DNA of 41,624 bases from Candidatus Omnitrophota bacterium (GTDB lineage: Bacteria > Omnitrophota > Gorgyraeia > Zapsychrales > Zapsychraceae), in NCBI GenBank assembly GCA_029567025.1, contig JAKQLT010000082.1, positions 1 through 41,624 of the forward strand, written 5' to 3'. This document shows, piece after piece, positions 16,367-25,942 of this stretch. Under the pieces are notes generated by a model, which made no database searches, was not told the origin of the DNA, and was given only the letters and a program-made list of their open reading frames with translations. Positions within the stretch are counted from its first letter, which is position 1. The number at the start of each line of letters is the position of its first letter. Both the position numbers and the translations under genes were made by a program.

Positions 16367-17503
16367 ATGAATTCACCTTATCAAATATGTTCCCGTTGTG
16401 TTTTAGATACAACAGTTGCTGATATCCGTTTTGATGAAAAAGGCGAATGCCATTATTGTCATATTCATGATGCTTTGGGAAAAGAATTCCCATTAACATT
16501 CGATGGCCAAAAGAAATTTTTAGCAATTATTAATGAGATTAAGCAAAAAGGACACAACAAGAAATATGATATTATCGTCGGAGTTAGCGGAGGACGCGAC
16601 AGTACGTATGCTCTTTTAAAAATAGTTGAATTAGGATTAAGGCCTTTGGCGGTTCATTTGGATAATGGCTGGAATTCTGAAATAGCTGTAACCAATATTA
16701 AAAACGCGACTAATAAACTTGGCGTTGATTTGTTGACGCATGTTTTAGATTGGGAAGAATTTAAGGATTTGCAGCTTTCTTTCTTAAAAGCGTCTGTGCC
16801 TGATGCTGAAATTCCGACAGATGTCGCTATTCACGGGATTTTACATAAAATAGCCGCGCAGGAACATATTTCTTATGTTGTTTTCGCGCATTCTTTCCGC
16901 ACCGAAGGCGTTGCGCCATTAAGCTGGACGTATATGGATGGGGAATATATCAAAAGCGTTCAGAAAAGATTCGGCCGAAGAAAATTAAAAACATTTCCGA
17001 ATATGACGGCGTTGGATGTATTTTATTATCGGTTTATAAAAAATATTCGAGTGGTTCCTTTGTTAGCCTATCTGAAATATGACCAAAAAGAGGTAACAGA
17101 AAGACTGTCTAAAGAATTGGGCTGGAATTATTACGGCGGGCATCATCATGAGTCGTATTACACGCACTTTTTCCAATCGTATTATTTGCCGAAGAAATTT
17201 AATATTGATAAACGCAAAGTCGAATATTCCGCGCTTATTCGTTCCGGCCAGATGACGCGTCAAAAGGCGTTGGATGAAATTCAAAATCATCCGTATCCGT
17301 ATGATGAAGAGCTCGTCCGTTACGCTATAAAGAAATTAGGATTAACAAAAAAAGAATTCGATGATATTATGGCGGTTTCGAATAAAAGTTTTCGCGATTA
17401 TTCGACATATTATCCATTTATTAAAGCTTTAAAGCCTTTATTAGCTGTTGTTCAAAAATTGAATTTTTTCCCTAAACATCTTTATTTGAAATTTTTAGGA
17501 TAA
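16367..17503 (+). CDS. N-acetyl sugar amidotransferase (WbuX/PseA-like, PP-loop ATPase)
   Basis: The N terminus has the Cys cluster CSRCVLDTT...FDEKGECHYC. A PP-loop VGVSGGRDS is present. Length and layout are typical of the acetamidino-sugar amidotransferase family. Confidence 0.82.
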   Translation: MNSPYQICSRCVLDTTVADIRFDEKGECHYCHIHDALGKEFPLTFDGQKKFLAIINEIKQKGHNKKYDIIVGVSGGRDSTYALLKIVELGLRPLAVHLDNGWNSEIAVTNIKNATNKLGVDLLTHVLDWEEFKDLQLSFLKASVPDAEIPTDVAIHGILHKIAAQEHISYVVFAHSFRTEGVAPLSWTYMDGEYIKSVQKRFGRRKLKTFPNMTALDVFYYRFIKNIRVVPLLAYLKYDQKEVTERLSKELGWNYYGGHHHESYYTHFFQSYYLPKKFNIDKRKVEYSALIRSGQMTRQKALDEIQNHPYPYDEELVRYAIKKLGLTKKEFDDIMAVSNKSFRDYSTYYPFIKALKPLLAVVQKLNFFPKHLYLKFLG

Positions 17504-17507
17504 GATT

Positions 17508-18263
17508 ATGTTGTTGCCAAGAATTTTTCCATGTCTGTTATTAAAAGATAACGGACTTGTTAAAACGATTCAATTTAAAAATCCGACATATTTGGGCGAT
17601 CCTATTAATGCCGTTCGTATTTTTAACACAAAACAAGTTGACGAGCTTATTTTTCTGGATATTACAGCGACGAAAGAAAATCGTACGCCGAATATTGAGT
17701 TTATCAAAAAAATCTCCGAAGAATGTTTAATGCCTTTTACCGTCGGAGGAGGCATAAAGACAGTGGAAGATATTCGTTTATTGTTAAATGCCGGTGCTGA
17801 AAAAGTGGCTGTCAATACTGCGGCTATTTTAAATCCACAGCTGGTAACGGATGCCGCGCGGCTTTTTGGTTCACAGGCCATTGTCGTCTCCATAGACGTC
17901 AAAAAAATTTTTAATCAATATCGTGTTTATATTCAGGGTGGGCAAAAGGCGATGCCCTTTGATCCTGTTCAGTGCGCGATAAAGATGGAAGAATCCGGCG
18001 CAGGCGAAATTTTTTTAAATGCTATTGATCGAGATGGAACCATGCGCGGTTATGATCTGGATTTGATAAAAAAAGTGACGCAAGCAGTTAAAATTCCTGT
18101 TATTGCCTGCGGCGGTTGCGGAAAATTGGAAGATTTAAAGCAAGCTGTCAAAGAAGCTGGCGCTTCAGCCGCGGTGGCGGGAAGTTTTTTTGTGTTTCAT
18201 GGGAATCGACGGGCGGTCCTTATTAATTTTCCTTCCAAAGAAGAATTGGAGAAAATTCTATAA
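17508..18263 (+). CDS. hisF: HisF-like cyclase subunit, glycan-modification paralogue (WbuZ/HisF2-type)
   Basis: The sequence follows the HisF TIM-barrel pattern (RIFPCLLLKDNGLVKT, FLDITAT, FTVGGGI, VSIDVK, EIFLNAIDRDGTMRGYD, PVIACGGCG). It sits directly after the sugar amidotransferase rather than in a his operon. Confidence 0.85.
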   Translation: MLLPRIFPCLLLKDNGLVKTIQFKNPTYLGDPINAVRIFNTKQVDELIFLDITATKENRTPNIEFIKKISEECLMPFTVGGGIKTVEDIRLLLNAGAEKVAVNTAAILNPQLVTDAARLFGSQAIVVSIDVKKIFNQYRVYIQGGQKAMPFDPVQCAIKMEESGAGEIFLNAIDRDGTMRGYDLDLIKKVTQAVKIPVIACGGCGKLEDLKQAVKEAGASAAVAGSFFVFHGNRRAVLINFPSKEELEKIL

Positions 18264-18264
18264 T

Positions 18265-19350
18265 ATGAATCAGAAAACAAAACAGGTATTATTTTTTTTT
18301 CTTAACCATCCGTCGGATTATCATTTGTTTAAGAATGTTATTAACCTTTTTATACAACAAGGTTTTTTTGTAAAAGTCGGTATTGTAACGAAGGATGTCT
18401 TGGAAGAGTTGGTTAAAGAGGAAAAATGGGACTATGTGAATCTTTTTCCTGAAGGCCGACGGCGTAAAAATTGGCCGATTATCTTAAATGCCATAGTAAA
18501 TTTATTTATAGCAGAAATACGTTTTTTTCAATTTATTAAAAAGAACAACCCCTTTGTTTTGATAGGATCAGAAGGGACATTGGCGCATATAGGATTTTTA
18601 TTACGGATTCCTTCCTTATTGTTTAATGAAGATGATACCGTAATGACGCCTGAAAATTATTTGTTTTATCCTTTTGCGACTAAAGTGATTATTCCTTCAT
18701 GCGTTGATAAGGGAAAGTGGCTTCATAAAAGAATTTCTTATAATGGTTATCATGAACTCGCGTATTTGCATCCGAGATATTTTATGCCTGATGAGAATGT
18801 GGTTAAAGCGTTTCATCCGTCTATGGAGCCCTATTTTATTTTAAGACTTGTGGCCTTAACCGCAAGCCATGATTCCGGAAAAAAAGGCATTACCAATCAA
18901 ATGGCGGTTGATATCATTAAAAGATTAGAGAGGCATGGCAAGGTTTTTATTAGTTCCGAGAGGGAATTGCCTTGGGATCTTCAACCTTATCGCCTTCAAA
19001 TTCACCCTAAAGATATTCTTCATGTGTTAGCGTTTGCTCAAATATTAATTGGGGATAGTTTGACTATGGCGGAAGAAGCGGCTCTTTTAGGAACTCCTTC
19101 TATTCGACTCGATGATTTTGCGGGAAAATCAGGATATTTAAATGAATTGGAAAAAATTTATGACTTAACCTATGGATTTAAATCGGATGAGATAGAAGGA
19201 TTTTTTAATAAAATAGATGATGTCTTAAGTTCTCCTAATTCCAAAAGTCATTGGAAAAATAAAGTGAAAATTTTATTGGTTGAAAAAATAGATGTTGTGG
19301 ATTTTATGTTTGATTTAATCAAGTCGTATCTGCCCTTAAAAGCAGAATAA
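18265..19350 (+). CDS. DUF354-family protein (GT-B/epimerase-like fold, unknown function)
   Basis: I place the start at ATG 18265, 2 nt after the hisF-like stop. The ORF-track start at 18190 would overlap hisF-like by 74 nt. The C-terminal block IGDSLTMAEEAALLGTPSI resembles the DUF354 signature as I recall it. Confidence 0.55.
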   Translation: MNQKTKQVLFFFLNHPSDYHLFKNVINLFIQQGFFVKVGIVTKDVLEELVKEEKWDYVNLFPEGRRRKNWPIILNAIVNLFIAEIRFFQFIKKNNPFVLIGSEGTLAHIGFLLRIPSLLFNEDDTVMTPENYLFYPFATKVIIPSCVDKGKWLHKRISYNGYHELAYLHPRYFMPDENVVKAFHPSMEPYFILRLVALTASHDSGKKGITNQMAVDIIKRLERHGKVFISSERELPWDLQPYRLQIHPKDILHVLAFAQILIGDSLTMAEEAALLGTPSIRLDDFAGKSGYLNELEKIYDLTYGFKSDEIEGFFNKIDDVLSSPNSKSHWKNKVKILLVEKIDVVDFMFDLIKSYLPLKAE

Positions 19351-19386
19351 AAAATCCAACAGATTTCGTAATTCTAAACGAATGAT

Positions 19387-20442
19387 ATGAACATTTTAAT
19401 TGTCGCTAAAGTTTCAGATTATAAAATTATGACGACTCTCGAGCCTTTGATCCAGAGTGAGCGTATAGAGAAAATATATCTTGTTCGTCGTTTTCCCATT
19501 AGCCTTCCTAAAGTTGTTTGTTATAGCCCGCCGTTGTTTTTACGCTGGAATGTAATTTTATCAGAGATATGGCGGATTGTTGCCATATTCTTTTTATGTT
19601 TTTTAAAGGAAGTACGATATCTTATTGGCATTCATTATTATTATCATTGTATTTATGTTGGTTTTTTTGCTCAACTTTTTTCAAAGCCATATATTTTTTC
19701 TTTGATTGAGAACCCGCAATTATATAGAAAAAGTAAAATATTTTCTTATTTTGTTCGTCGGGCAGACGCTGTTATGGTGCGCGGAAATATTTCAAGAGAA
19801 TTTCTCATGCGAGATATTAAAGTTTCTTCTGAAAAAATACATATCCTTCTCGATATTTTAGAAAACGATATAGCGGAAAAATTAAAAGAAAATCAAAAAA
19901 AATATGATTTTGTTTTTTTGGGTTATTTTCGTCCTGAAAAAAGAATTGATGTCCTGATACGTTCGTTTTATCGGGTCATCGAAGAATTCCCTCGGGCAAC
20001 GTTATTATTGATCGGTGAGGGGCCATTAAAAAAGGCGATGTTAAACCTTATAAAATATTATGATTTAGAAAAAAATGTTTCTTGTTTTGATCGTTTTATT
20101 TCCCAGGAAGAGGTTTATTCTTATTTGTGGCAATCAAAGACAATGATTATGACATCAGAAACTGAAGGATTGCCGACAGTCTTGTTAGAGGCCATGTTAT
20201 GTGAAATTCCTTTTATCGTTCCTGATGTGGGCGATATAACGGATTTGGCGAAAGATAATGAAAATGCTCTTGTGGTGACGCCTTTAAATGAAGATGAATT
20301 TAAACACGCGTGTTTGCGCATTTTAAAAGATGAGGCCGTCTATCAGAAACTAAAAAAAGGGATTATAGAAGAAAAACAAAGGCGTTTAATAGAGCATGAT
20401 GTTTCGCGTATTACGGCTTTATGGGAAGAAGTTCTAAAGTGA
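19387..20442 (+). CDS. Family 4 glycosyltransferase (GT-B, Glycos_transf_1)
   Basis: The C-terminal half has FLGYFRPEKRIDVLI, LLLIGEGP and the E-x7-E block SETEGLPTVLLEAMLCEIPFIV. Confidence 0.75.
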   Translation: MNILIVAKVSDYKIMTTLEPLIQSERIEKIYLVRRFPISLPKVVCYSPPLFLRWNVILSEIWRIVAIFFLCFLKEVRYLIGIHYYYHCIYVGFFAQLFSKPYIFSLIENPQLYRKSKIFSYFVRRADAVMVRGNISREFLMRDIKVSSEKIHILLDILENDIAEKLKENQKKYDFVFLGYFRPEKRIDVLIRSFYRVIEEFPRATLLLIGEGPLKKAMLNLIKYYDLEKNVSCFDRFISQEEVYSYLWQSKTMIMTSETEGLPTVLLEAMLCEIPFIVPDVGDITDLAKDNENALVVTPLNEDEFKHACLRILKDEAVYQKLKKGIIEEKQRRLIEHDVSRITALWEEVLK

Positions 20443-20454
20443 AGGAAAATATCC

Positions 20455-20483
20455 TTGCTATGAAAACGGGTCATAGATATAAT
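20455..20483 (+). promoter_or_regulatory. Near-consensus sigma70 promoter for trxA (TTGCTA-17 nt-TATAAT) with an embedded inverted repeat
   Basis: The -35 lies at 20455-20460 and a perfect -10 at 20478-20483. The inverted repeat CTATGA-N7-TCATAG (20458-20476) occupies the spacer. Confidence 0.55.
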
Positions 20484-20549
20484 AACGCTCGTTTCTAGAA
20501 ATTGATTAAAATATTAATAATATTTAATATAAATAAAAGGAGATTTTAT

Positions 20550-20870
20550 ATGGCGGCAATGCATGTCACAGAAAAAAGTTTTGATGCAGAAGTCCTAAAA
20601 TCCGATTTGCCGGTCTTAGTTGATTTTTGGGCTGAATGGTGTGGGCCTTGTCGGATGATCGCGCCTATTATTGATGAAGTCGCTAAAGAATTAGCCGGAA
20701 AAATCAAAGTAGTGAAAATCAATATTGATGAAGCGCAGGATTTGGCCACTTCTTATAATATTATGTCTATTCCAACGCTTTTAATTTTTAAAAACGGCAA
20801 ACCGATTGAACAAATTGTTGGGGCGATGCCGAAAGCGCAGCTGATCTCCAAGATCAATACACAAATTTAA
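20550..20870 (+). CDS. trxA: Thioredoxin
   Basis: It has the WCGPC active site (FWAEWCGPCRMIAP) and is 106 aa long from ATG 20550. An AAGGAG ribosome-binding site lies at 20537-20542. The ORF-track start at 20502 adds an implausible 16-aa extension. Confidence 0.93.
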   Translation: MAAMHVTEKSFDAEVLKSDLPVLVDFWAEWCGPCRMIAPIIDEVAKELAGKIKVVKINIDEAQDLATSYNIMSIPTLLIFKNGKPIEQIVGAMPKAQLISKINTQI

Positions 20871-20894
20871 CTTTAAAAAAGAAAGAGATGTTTT

Positions 20895-21251
20895 ATGTGG
20901 ATTCAATTTTGTAAATCAAAGATAGCTTTTGCTAAAGTAACACAAGCAGATCTTCATTATGAGGGAAGCATTACCATTGATAAAAATTTAATGGATGCCG
21001 TCGGAATTATACCGGGAGAAAAAGTCGAAGTGCTGAATTTGAATAACGGGAATCGTTTTGAAACCTATACGATAGCCGGCCGTCCGGGCGAAGGACAGGT
21101 TTGCCTCAATGGCCCAGCGGCTCGCTTAGGATTAGTTGGTGATAAAGTCATTATTTTAAGTTATGCTATGATGGATCAAGAAGAGGCAAAAAAATATCAA
21201 ATGAAAGCTATTCAATTAAATGACGACAACAAAATTAAAAATAAGAGTTGA
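20895..21251 (+). CDS. panD: Aspartate 1-decarboxylase proenzyme
   Basis: The sequence [23 protein letters not shown] contains the self-cleaving Gly-Ser site. [10 protein letters not shown] and NGPAARL blocks are also present. Confidence 0.9.
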   Translation: MWIQFCKSKIAFAKVTQADLHYEGSITIDKNLMDAVGIIPGEKVEVLNLNNGNRFETYTIAGRPGEGQVCLNGPAARLGLVGDKVIILSYAMMDQEEAKKYQMKAIQLNDDNKIKNKS

Positions 21252-21723
21252 TGGCGATCCTTGTTTACGCAAGAAATCATCCCCTGTGGAAGATTTTGGT
21301 CCTGCCGAACATATGCTTGTTAATTTAATGATTGATGCCATGTATGAAGCGAATGGAGTTGGATTGGCCGCTCCGCAGGTTGGTATCAATAAACGTATTT
21401 TTGTGATTGATATCGGTGAGGGCCCAATTATTATTATCAATCCGAAAATTTTAAAACAGGAAGGTAGTATTTGTTGTGAAGAAGGTTGTTTAAGCGTTCC
21501 ACAAATCGCTATTCCTATTAGTCGTCCTGAGAGAATTCAAGTCCAATATCAAGATCCGCAAAATAAAACAATTAAAAAATGGTTTGAGGGTTTAATGGCG
21601 AGAGCTTTTTTGCATGAACTTGATCATTTAGACGGAAAATTGATTGTTGATTATGCGACGGATGAGGATCTGAATAAATATAAAGAGCAACTTGATAAAA
21701 TTCACGCGAGTGCGAAGCTATAA
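21220..21723 (+). CDS. def: Peptide deformylase
   Basis: All three Def motifs are present: [17 protein letters not shown] and HELDHLDG. Confidence 0.94.
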   Translation: MTTTKLKIRVDGDPCLRKKSSPVEDFGPAEHMLVNLMIDAMYEANGVGLAAPQVGINKRIFVIDIGEGPIIIINPKILKQEGSICCEEGCLSVPQIAIPISRPERIQVQYQDPQNKTIKKWFEGLMARAFLHELDHLDGKLIVDYATDEDLNKYKEQLDKIHASAKL

Positions 21724-21738
21724 CCATTTTTTATTTCC

Positions 21739-22641
21739 ATGATTTATTCTCAAAGGTTCCCATTATGGTTTAAACAGGAAATTCCTGATTCTCAATCGCT
21801 CGAAATGATGCGTAAGATTCTTGAGACCAGAGGATTGCATACCGTATGTCAAAGCGCGAAATGTCCGAATACGGGACGATGCTGGAAAGATAAAACAGCA
21901 ACTTTTATGATTTTAGGGAATGTGTGCACGCGTCGATGTCGATTTTGTGCTGTTAACACAGGAGAGCCTTTAAAGATTGATTACGAAGAACCTCAAAAAA
22001 TCGCTCAAGCGGTTGCGGAACTTCAATTAAAATATGTAGTCGTTACGTCGGTGACGCGGGATGATTTGGAAGATAAAGGGGCAGGTCATTTTTTTGAGAC
22101 AATCAAGGAAATCAAAAGATTAAATCCTCAAACGCATATTGAAGTGCTTGTTCCAGATTTTTTATATGATCCAAAAAGTTTGTTAAAAGTGATTGACGCT
22201 TCGCCTGATGTCATTGGCCATAATATGGAAATGCCCAAACGTTTTTATGCGACTCTACGTCCGCAAGCATTATATGCGCGTTCGTTAAGTGTTTTAAAAT
22301 ATTTTAAAACGATGTCAACCGCGCTTATTAAATCCGGATTTATGGTTGGGTTAGGGGAAACGCAAGAGGAGATCCAAGAGCTCATTAATGATTTGGCGTC
22401 AGTGGGTTGCGATATTTTAACGATTGGCCAATATCTTGCGCCGAGCGATTCTTCTCGGCATGTGACGGTCAAAAGTTTTGTCTCATTAGAAGAATTTGAA
22501 TATTATAAAGATTTTGCCATACGCGCCGGGATTAAAAAAGTTTTAAGCGGTCCGTTAGTGCGCAGTTCATTTTTAGCGGAAGAACTATTTGAGAATTGTC
22601 AACAAGACAGATTAGGAAAAATTGATTATGCCCTTCAATGA
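21739..22641 (+). CDS. lipA: Lipoyl synthase
   Basis: It has the auxiliary cluster motif CQSAKCPNTGRCW and the radical-SAM motif CTRRCRFCAV, plus a conserved SGFMVGLGET block. Confidence 0.95.
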   Translation: MIYSQRFPLWFKQEIPDSQSLEMMRKILETRGLHTVCQSAKCPNTGRCWKDKTATFMILGNVCTRRCRFCAVNTGEPLKIDYEEPQKIAQAVAELQLKYVVVTSVTRDDLEDKGAGHFFETIKEIKRLNPQTHIEVLVPDFLYDPKSLLKVIDASPDVIGHNMEMPKRFYATLRPQALYARSLSVLKYFKTMSTALIKSGFMVGLGETQEEIQELINDLASVGCDILTIGQYLAPSDSSRHVTVKSFVSLEEFEYYKDFAIRAGIKKVLSGPLVRSSFLAEELFENCQQDRLGKIDYALQ

Positions 22642-23608
22642 AAAAATAAAAAATGTTTTAAGCTTTTTAGGCCGCGTGGGATTGAGTATTTTTCTTTTGG
22701 TCTATTTATTTCAAAAGATTGATTTAACAAAAACAAAAGAAGTTTTAATGTCTTCGAATTTGGTTTATATTTTTTACGCCGGAATTCTTTTTCTTATTAT
22801 TAATGGTCTTTTGTTATTGCGATGGTTTGTTTTTATTAAGGCGATGGAGCTTCAGGTTCCGATTTTAAGCGTGGTGCGTTATTTTTTTATAGGATTATTT
22901 GGTAATCTTTTTTTACCAAGCTCTATGGGCGGAGATCTGATGCGGATTTTAGGTTTATGCCGGGCAAGTCAGCAAAAAACACGCGTTGTGGCTTCGGTGC
23001 TTTTGGATCGGTTAAGCGGCTTTGTTTCGATTGTCCTTGTTGCGATTGTGGCTTTAATTTTGGGATATCAGCAAATGGATGAGCAGTTTTTGATTATTCC
23101 TATTATTCTTGTGACTTTATTTTTCGTTGTTTTCATTGCTGTTTTATTTAATGAAAGGGCTTTTTTATGGGGATGCCGATTATTTGATCGTTTGCCTAAA
23201 GTCAAAAAGAATCTTATGGAAATGCATTATGATATTGCTTTATTAAAAAGCCGTCAAAACTATGCGTTTCAGGGCCTTCTGTTATCATGTGTTTCGCAGG
23301 TTATTTTTGCTTGTTTTTTTTATTTTATCGCACGAGGATTACATCAAGATACCGCGTTAATTTATTTCTTAATTTTTGTGCCTTTTATTTGTATCGCGGC
23401 TTCTTTTCCGTCGATTGGCGGATTAGGCGTTCGCGAAGCAGGAACAGCGTATTTATTTTCTCGCGTGGGGATGGACGCCGGGATAGCCGTTAGTATTTCT
23501 TTAATTAACTTTTTATTTATGGTGATTATCGGCCTTGTTGGGGGATTCGTTTATGTCGGTACATTTTCTTTTGGACGGATACAACATCATTCATCAAATG
23601 CCGTTTAA
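22622..23608 (+). CDS. UPF0104 / lysylphosphatidylglycerol-synthase-TM-like (flippase-like) membrane protein
   Basis: About 8 hydrophobic helices are apparent. The N-terminal pattern and the PSSMGGDLMRI motif are typical of the family. Confidence 0.65.
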   Translation: MIMPFNEKIKNVLSFLGRVGLSIFLLVYLFQKIDLTKTKEVLMSSNLVYIFYAGILFLIINGLLLLRWFVFIKAMELQVPILSVVRYFFIGLFGNLFLPSSMGGDLMRILGLCRASQQKTRVVASVLLDRLSGFVSIVLVAIVALILGYQQMDEQFLIIPIILVTLFFVVFIAVLFNERAFLWGCRLFDRLPKVKKNLMEMHYDIALLKSRQNYAFQGLLLSCVSQVIFACFFYFIARGLHQDTALIYFLIFVPFICIAASFPSIGGLGVREAGTAYLFSRVGMDAGIAVSISLINFLFMVIIGLVGGFVYVGTFSFGRIQHHSSNAV

Positions 23609-24050
23609 GAATTTAGATTCTTTGGAAGATCAAAGGAATCGTCTTATTCGTTTTATTGAAAACCAAAGGCCGCATGGAAGCCGTAATAATAAAATAACGG
23701 TTATTTTTGACGGGCAAGAAGGTTTTTTGAATTATCAGAAAAGCGTGATTGTTGATATTCTTTTTTCTTGCTCTTCTTCCGCGGATGAAAAAATTAAACA
23801 AATGGTCCGTGAGGCGGTTCATAAGAAGAATATGGTTGTTGTGACGGATGATCGCGAAATACAAATTTATGTGCGGGCGTTAGGAGCGCAGGTGGTAGGA
23901 GTCAATGATTTTTTGACGCGTTCGTCCGATGCGAAAAATATTAAACAAATAGCGCGTGCGGATAAAGATTCTGCAAAAAATATTTCAAAAACATTGGAAT
24001 ATCAGATTAATGAAGAGATGAAACAAATTTGGCTTAAAAAGAATCCTTAA
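23553..24050 (+). CDS. NYN-domain (YacP/Rae1-like, DUF901) putative ribonuclease
   Basis: Family blocks include FLLDGYNIIH, ITVIFDG, FSCSSSADEKI and VVVTDDREIQ. The start could be ATG 23535 or ATG 23553. Both overlap the upstream gene. Confidence 0.7.
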   Translation: MSVHFLLDGYNIIHQMPFKNLDSLEDQRNRLIRFIENQRPHGSRNNKITVIFDGQEGFLNYQKSVIVDILFSCSSSADEKIKQMVREAVHKKNMVVVTDDREIQIYVRALGAQVVGVNDFLTRSSDAKNIKQIARADKDSAKNISKTLEYQINEEMKQIWLKKNP

Positions 24051-24081
24051 AAAAGAATTTATTTTTAATAGTGTAGGGATA

Positions 24082-24864
24082 ATGGATTATATGATGAAAC
24101 AAATAACAAATAGGTTTTTTTTAGTGGTAAGCCAAATGGGTGATGCCATTTATTTTTTGATGGATGTTTTGAGGAATATTTTTAAAGGCCGTGTCCGTTT
24201 TAATGAGGTTTTAAAACAGAGTTATGAACAAGGATGGCAATCGGCTGTTATTGTCGCGCTGACTTCTTTCGCGTCTGGTGCGGTTTTAGCATTACAAGGC
24301 CATGTGGTTCTTTCGCGGTTAGGCGCCAAAGAGTATATTGCCCAACTCGTCGCTTTATCTCTTTTAAGGGAAATGAGTCCAGTTTTTACAGCGATTATTT
24401 TTTCTGCTAAAGCAGGCGCACGCATTACCGCGGAATTAGGCACCATGAGTGTTAATGATCAGATTTTAGCCACGCGGACGATGGGTGTTGACCCGATGGA
24501 ATTTTTAGTTGTCCCACGGTTTTTGGCTTGTTTCTTAGTGTTGCCAATTTTAACACTTATTTCTGAAATTGTTGGGATTTTGGGCGGATATTTTATTGGC
24601 GTCTATCAGGCGAATATTCCGGGAGTTTTTTATATTAATCAGACCATCAATGCGGTGCGATTTGTTGATTTTTTTAGCGGATTCATTAAAGTTTTCTTTT
24701 TTGCTATTTTGATCGGATGGATCTGTTGTTCGCGTGGATTCACAACCAAAGGAGGATCGTTAGGTGTTGGGAAATACACGACCGAAGCTGTGGCGCAGTC
24801 GATAATTTTAGTTATTATTTTTAATACGATTTTAACAAAAATTATTTTAACATTTTGGGGATAA
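24082..24864 (+). CDS. mlaE: MlaE-family ABC transporter permease
   Basis: The 260-aa multi-pass protein has MlaE-type blocks (REMSPVFTAIIFSAKAGARITAELGTM, DQILATRTMGVDP). MlaF and MlaD genes follow. Confidence 0.85.
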   Translation: MDYMMKQITNRFFLVVSQMGDAIYFLMDVLRNIFKGRVRFNEVLKQSYEQGWQSAVIVALTSFASGAVLALQGHVVLSRLGAKEYIAQLVALSLLREMSPVFTAIIFSAKAGARITAELGTMSVNDQILATRTMGVDPMEFLVVPRFLACFLVLPILTLISEIVGILGGYFIGVYQANIPGVFYINQTINAVRFVDFFSGFIKVFFFAILIGWICCSRGFTTKGGSLGVGKYTTEAVAQSIILVIIFNTILTKIILTFWG

Positions 24865-24877
24865 AAAGGAGACGGCT

Positions 24878-25216
24878 GTGTTAAAAAATATTTTTAAGAA
24901 TTTATTTTTTATGAGTTTTTTTCTTTTGTGTGCCGGATGCACAGGTTTTCAAGGCGGAGGCAGTGCTTTGTCCAAACATCCTTTTTCAACCATAGAAGCA
25001 GATTGGATTCGCAATGGAGAACCTATTATCTTTGAGGAAGAGTTATGGTTTCCCGCCGATGATATTGAAGTTTTATCCGATATGGAAGTTTATAAGGTTG
25101 GCGAAGTTCAGGGTATTTATGTTTTTGTCGATAAGCGTGATGTGCGACCGTATAATCGGCTTTATACGAAGTTTGATAAAAATCAGTTTCGTTATTTTCA
25201 GAAAAAGAGTCCATGA
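24878..25216 (+). CDS. Small putative lipoprotein embedded in the mla operon
   Basis: It starts at GTG 24878 with an AAGGAG site 7 nt upstream. The signal peptide ends in a lipobox-like LLCAGC. Its stop overlaps the mlaF start by 4 nt. Confidence 0.55.
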   Translation: MLKNIFKNLFFMSFFLLCAGCTGFQGGGSALSKHPFSTIEADWIRNGEPIIFEEELWFPADDIEVLSDMEVYKVGEVQGIYVFVDKRDVRPYNRLYTKFDKNQFRYFQKKSP

Positions 25217-25929
25217 TACATGTAAGTCATTTAGTTAAAACAATTCAAGGGCAAATGATTTTAGATGATATAAGTTTTGATGTTGCCCGAGCAGAAATTC
25301 TTGTTGTTTTGGGGGAAAGCGGGGCAGGTAAAAGTGTTTTGTTAAAACATTTGATAGGATTATTAAAACCTGATAAAGGCGTTATTGAAATTGAAGGGCG
25401 TGATATCACAAAGTTGTCGGAAGAAGAATTATTAAGACAACGTCAACAGATGGGATATCTTTTTCAAGAAGGCGCGTTATATGATTTTATGAATGTGTTT
25501 GATAATTTGGCTTTTCCGCTTCGAGAGCACACATCTTTTGATAGCCGGATGATTGCGATTAAAGTAGAAGAAATTTTGAAAATGGTTGGGCTGGAGGCGG
25601 CAAAACATAAATATCCGTCGGAATTAAGCGGCGGAATGCGTAAACGGGTTGGATTAGCGCGGGCGATGATTATGGACGCAAAAATTCTCTTATGTGATGA
25701 ACCAACTTCGGGATTGGATCCTATCCGTAGCCGGGATATTTCTGATTTGATTCGTCAAGTTTCTCGTCGGTATCAATGCGCGACTGTTATTACGTCCCAT
25801 GATATTGATAACGCTTTTCGTATCGCGGATCGTATCGCTATCATTCAACAAGGAAAAATTGTGATTATAGGAACGCCACAGGCGTTAAAATCATCAGAGA
25901 ATCATTTTGTTCAAGAATTTATTAGTTAA
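25213..25929 (+). CDS. mlaF: MlaF-like ABC transporter ATP-binding protein
   Basis: It carries Walker A GESGAGKS, the signature LSGGMRKR and Walker B ILLCDEPTSGLD. Confidence 0.9.
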   Translation: MIHVSHLVKTIQGQMILDDISFDVARAEILVVLGESGAGKSVLLKHLIGLLKPDKGVIEIEGRDITKLSEEELLRQRQQMGYLFQEGALYDFMNVFDNLAFPLREHTSFDSRMIAIKVEEILKMVGLEAAKHKYPSELSGGMRKRVGLARAMIMDAKILLCDEPTSGLDPIRSRDISDLIRQVSRRYQCATVITSHDIDNAFRIADRIAIIQQGKIVIIGTPQALKSSENHFVQEFIS

Positions 25930-25942
25930 CGAGGATAATCTT

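Noticed and set aside
17508-18263. Interpreting the HisF-like gene as the histidine-biosynthesis hisF.
   Set aside because: No other his genes are nearby. It sits 4 nt downstream of a sugar amidotransferase inside a glycan locus, which fits the WbuZ/HisF2 paralogue.
18190-18264. Upstream-extended start codons given in the ORF track: 18190 for DUF354, 20502 for trxA, 25907 for mlaD, 31168 for yefM, 39032 for Hpt and 23535 for the NYN protein.
   Set aside because: Downstream ATGs have ribosome-binding sites, restore family-typical N termini and remove long overlaps with the preceding genes. The NYN start remains ambiguous.
21220-21251. The 32-nt overlaps between panD and def, and likewise between rlmB and the HD gene at 35030-35061, considered as signs of a frameshift or gene fusion.
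   Set aside because: Both partners have family-typical N and C termini at full length. Such overlaps are common in compact genomes.
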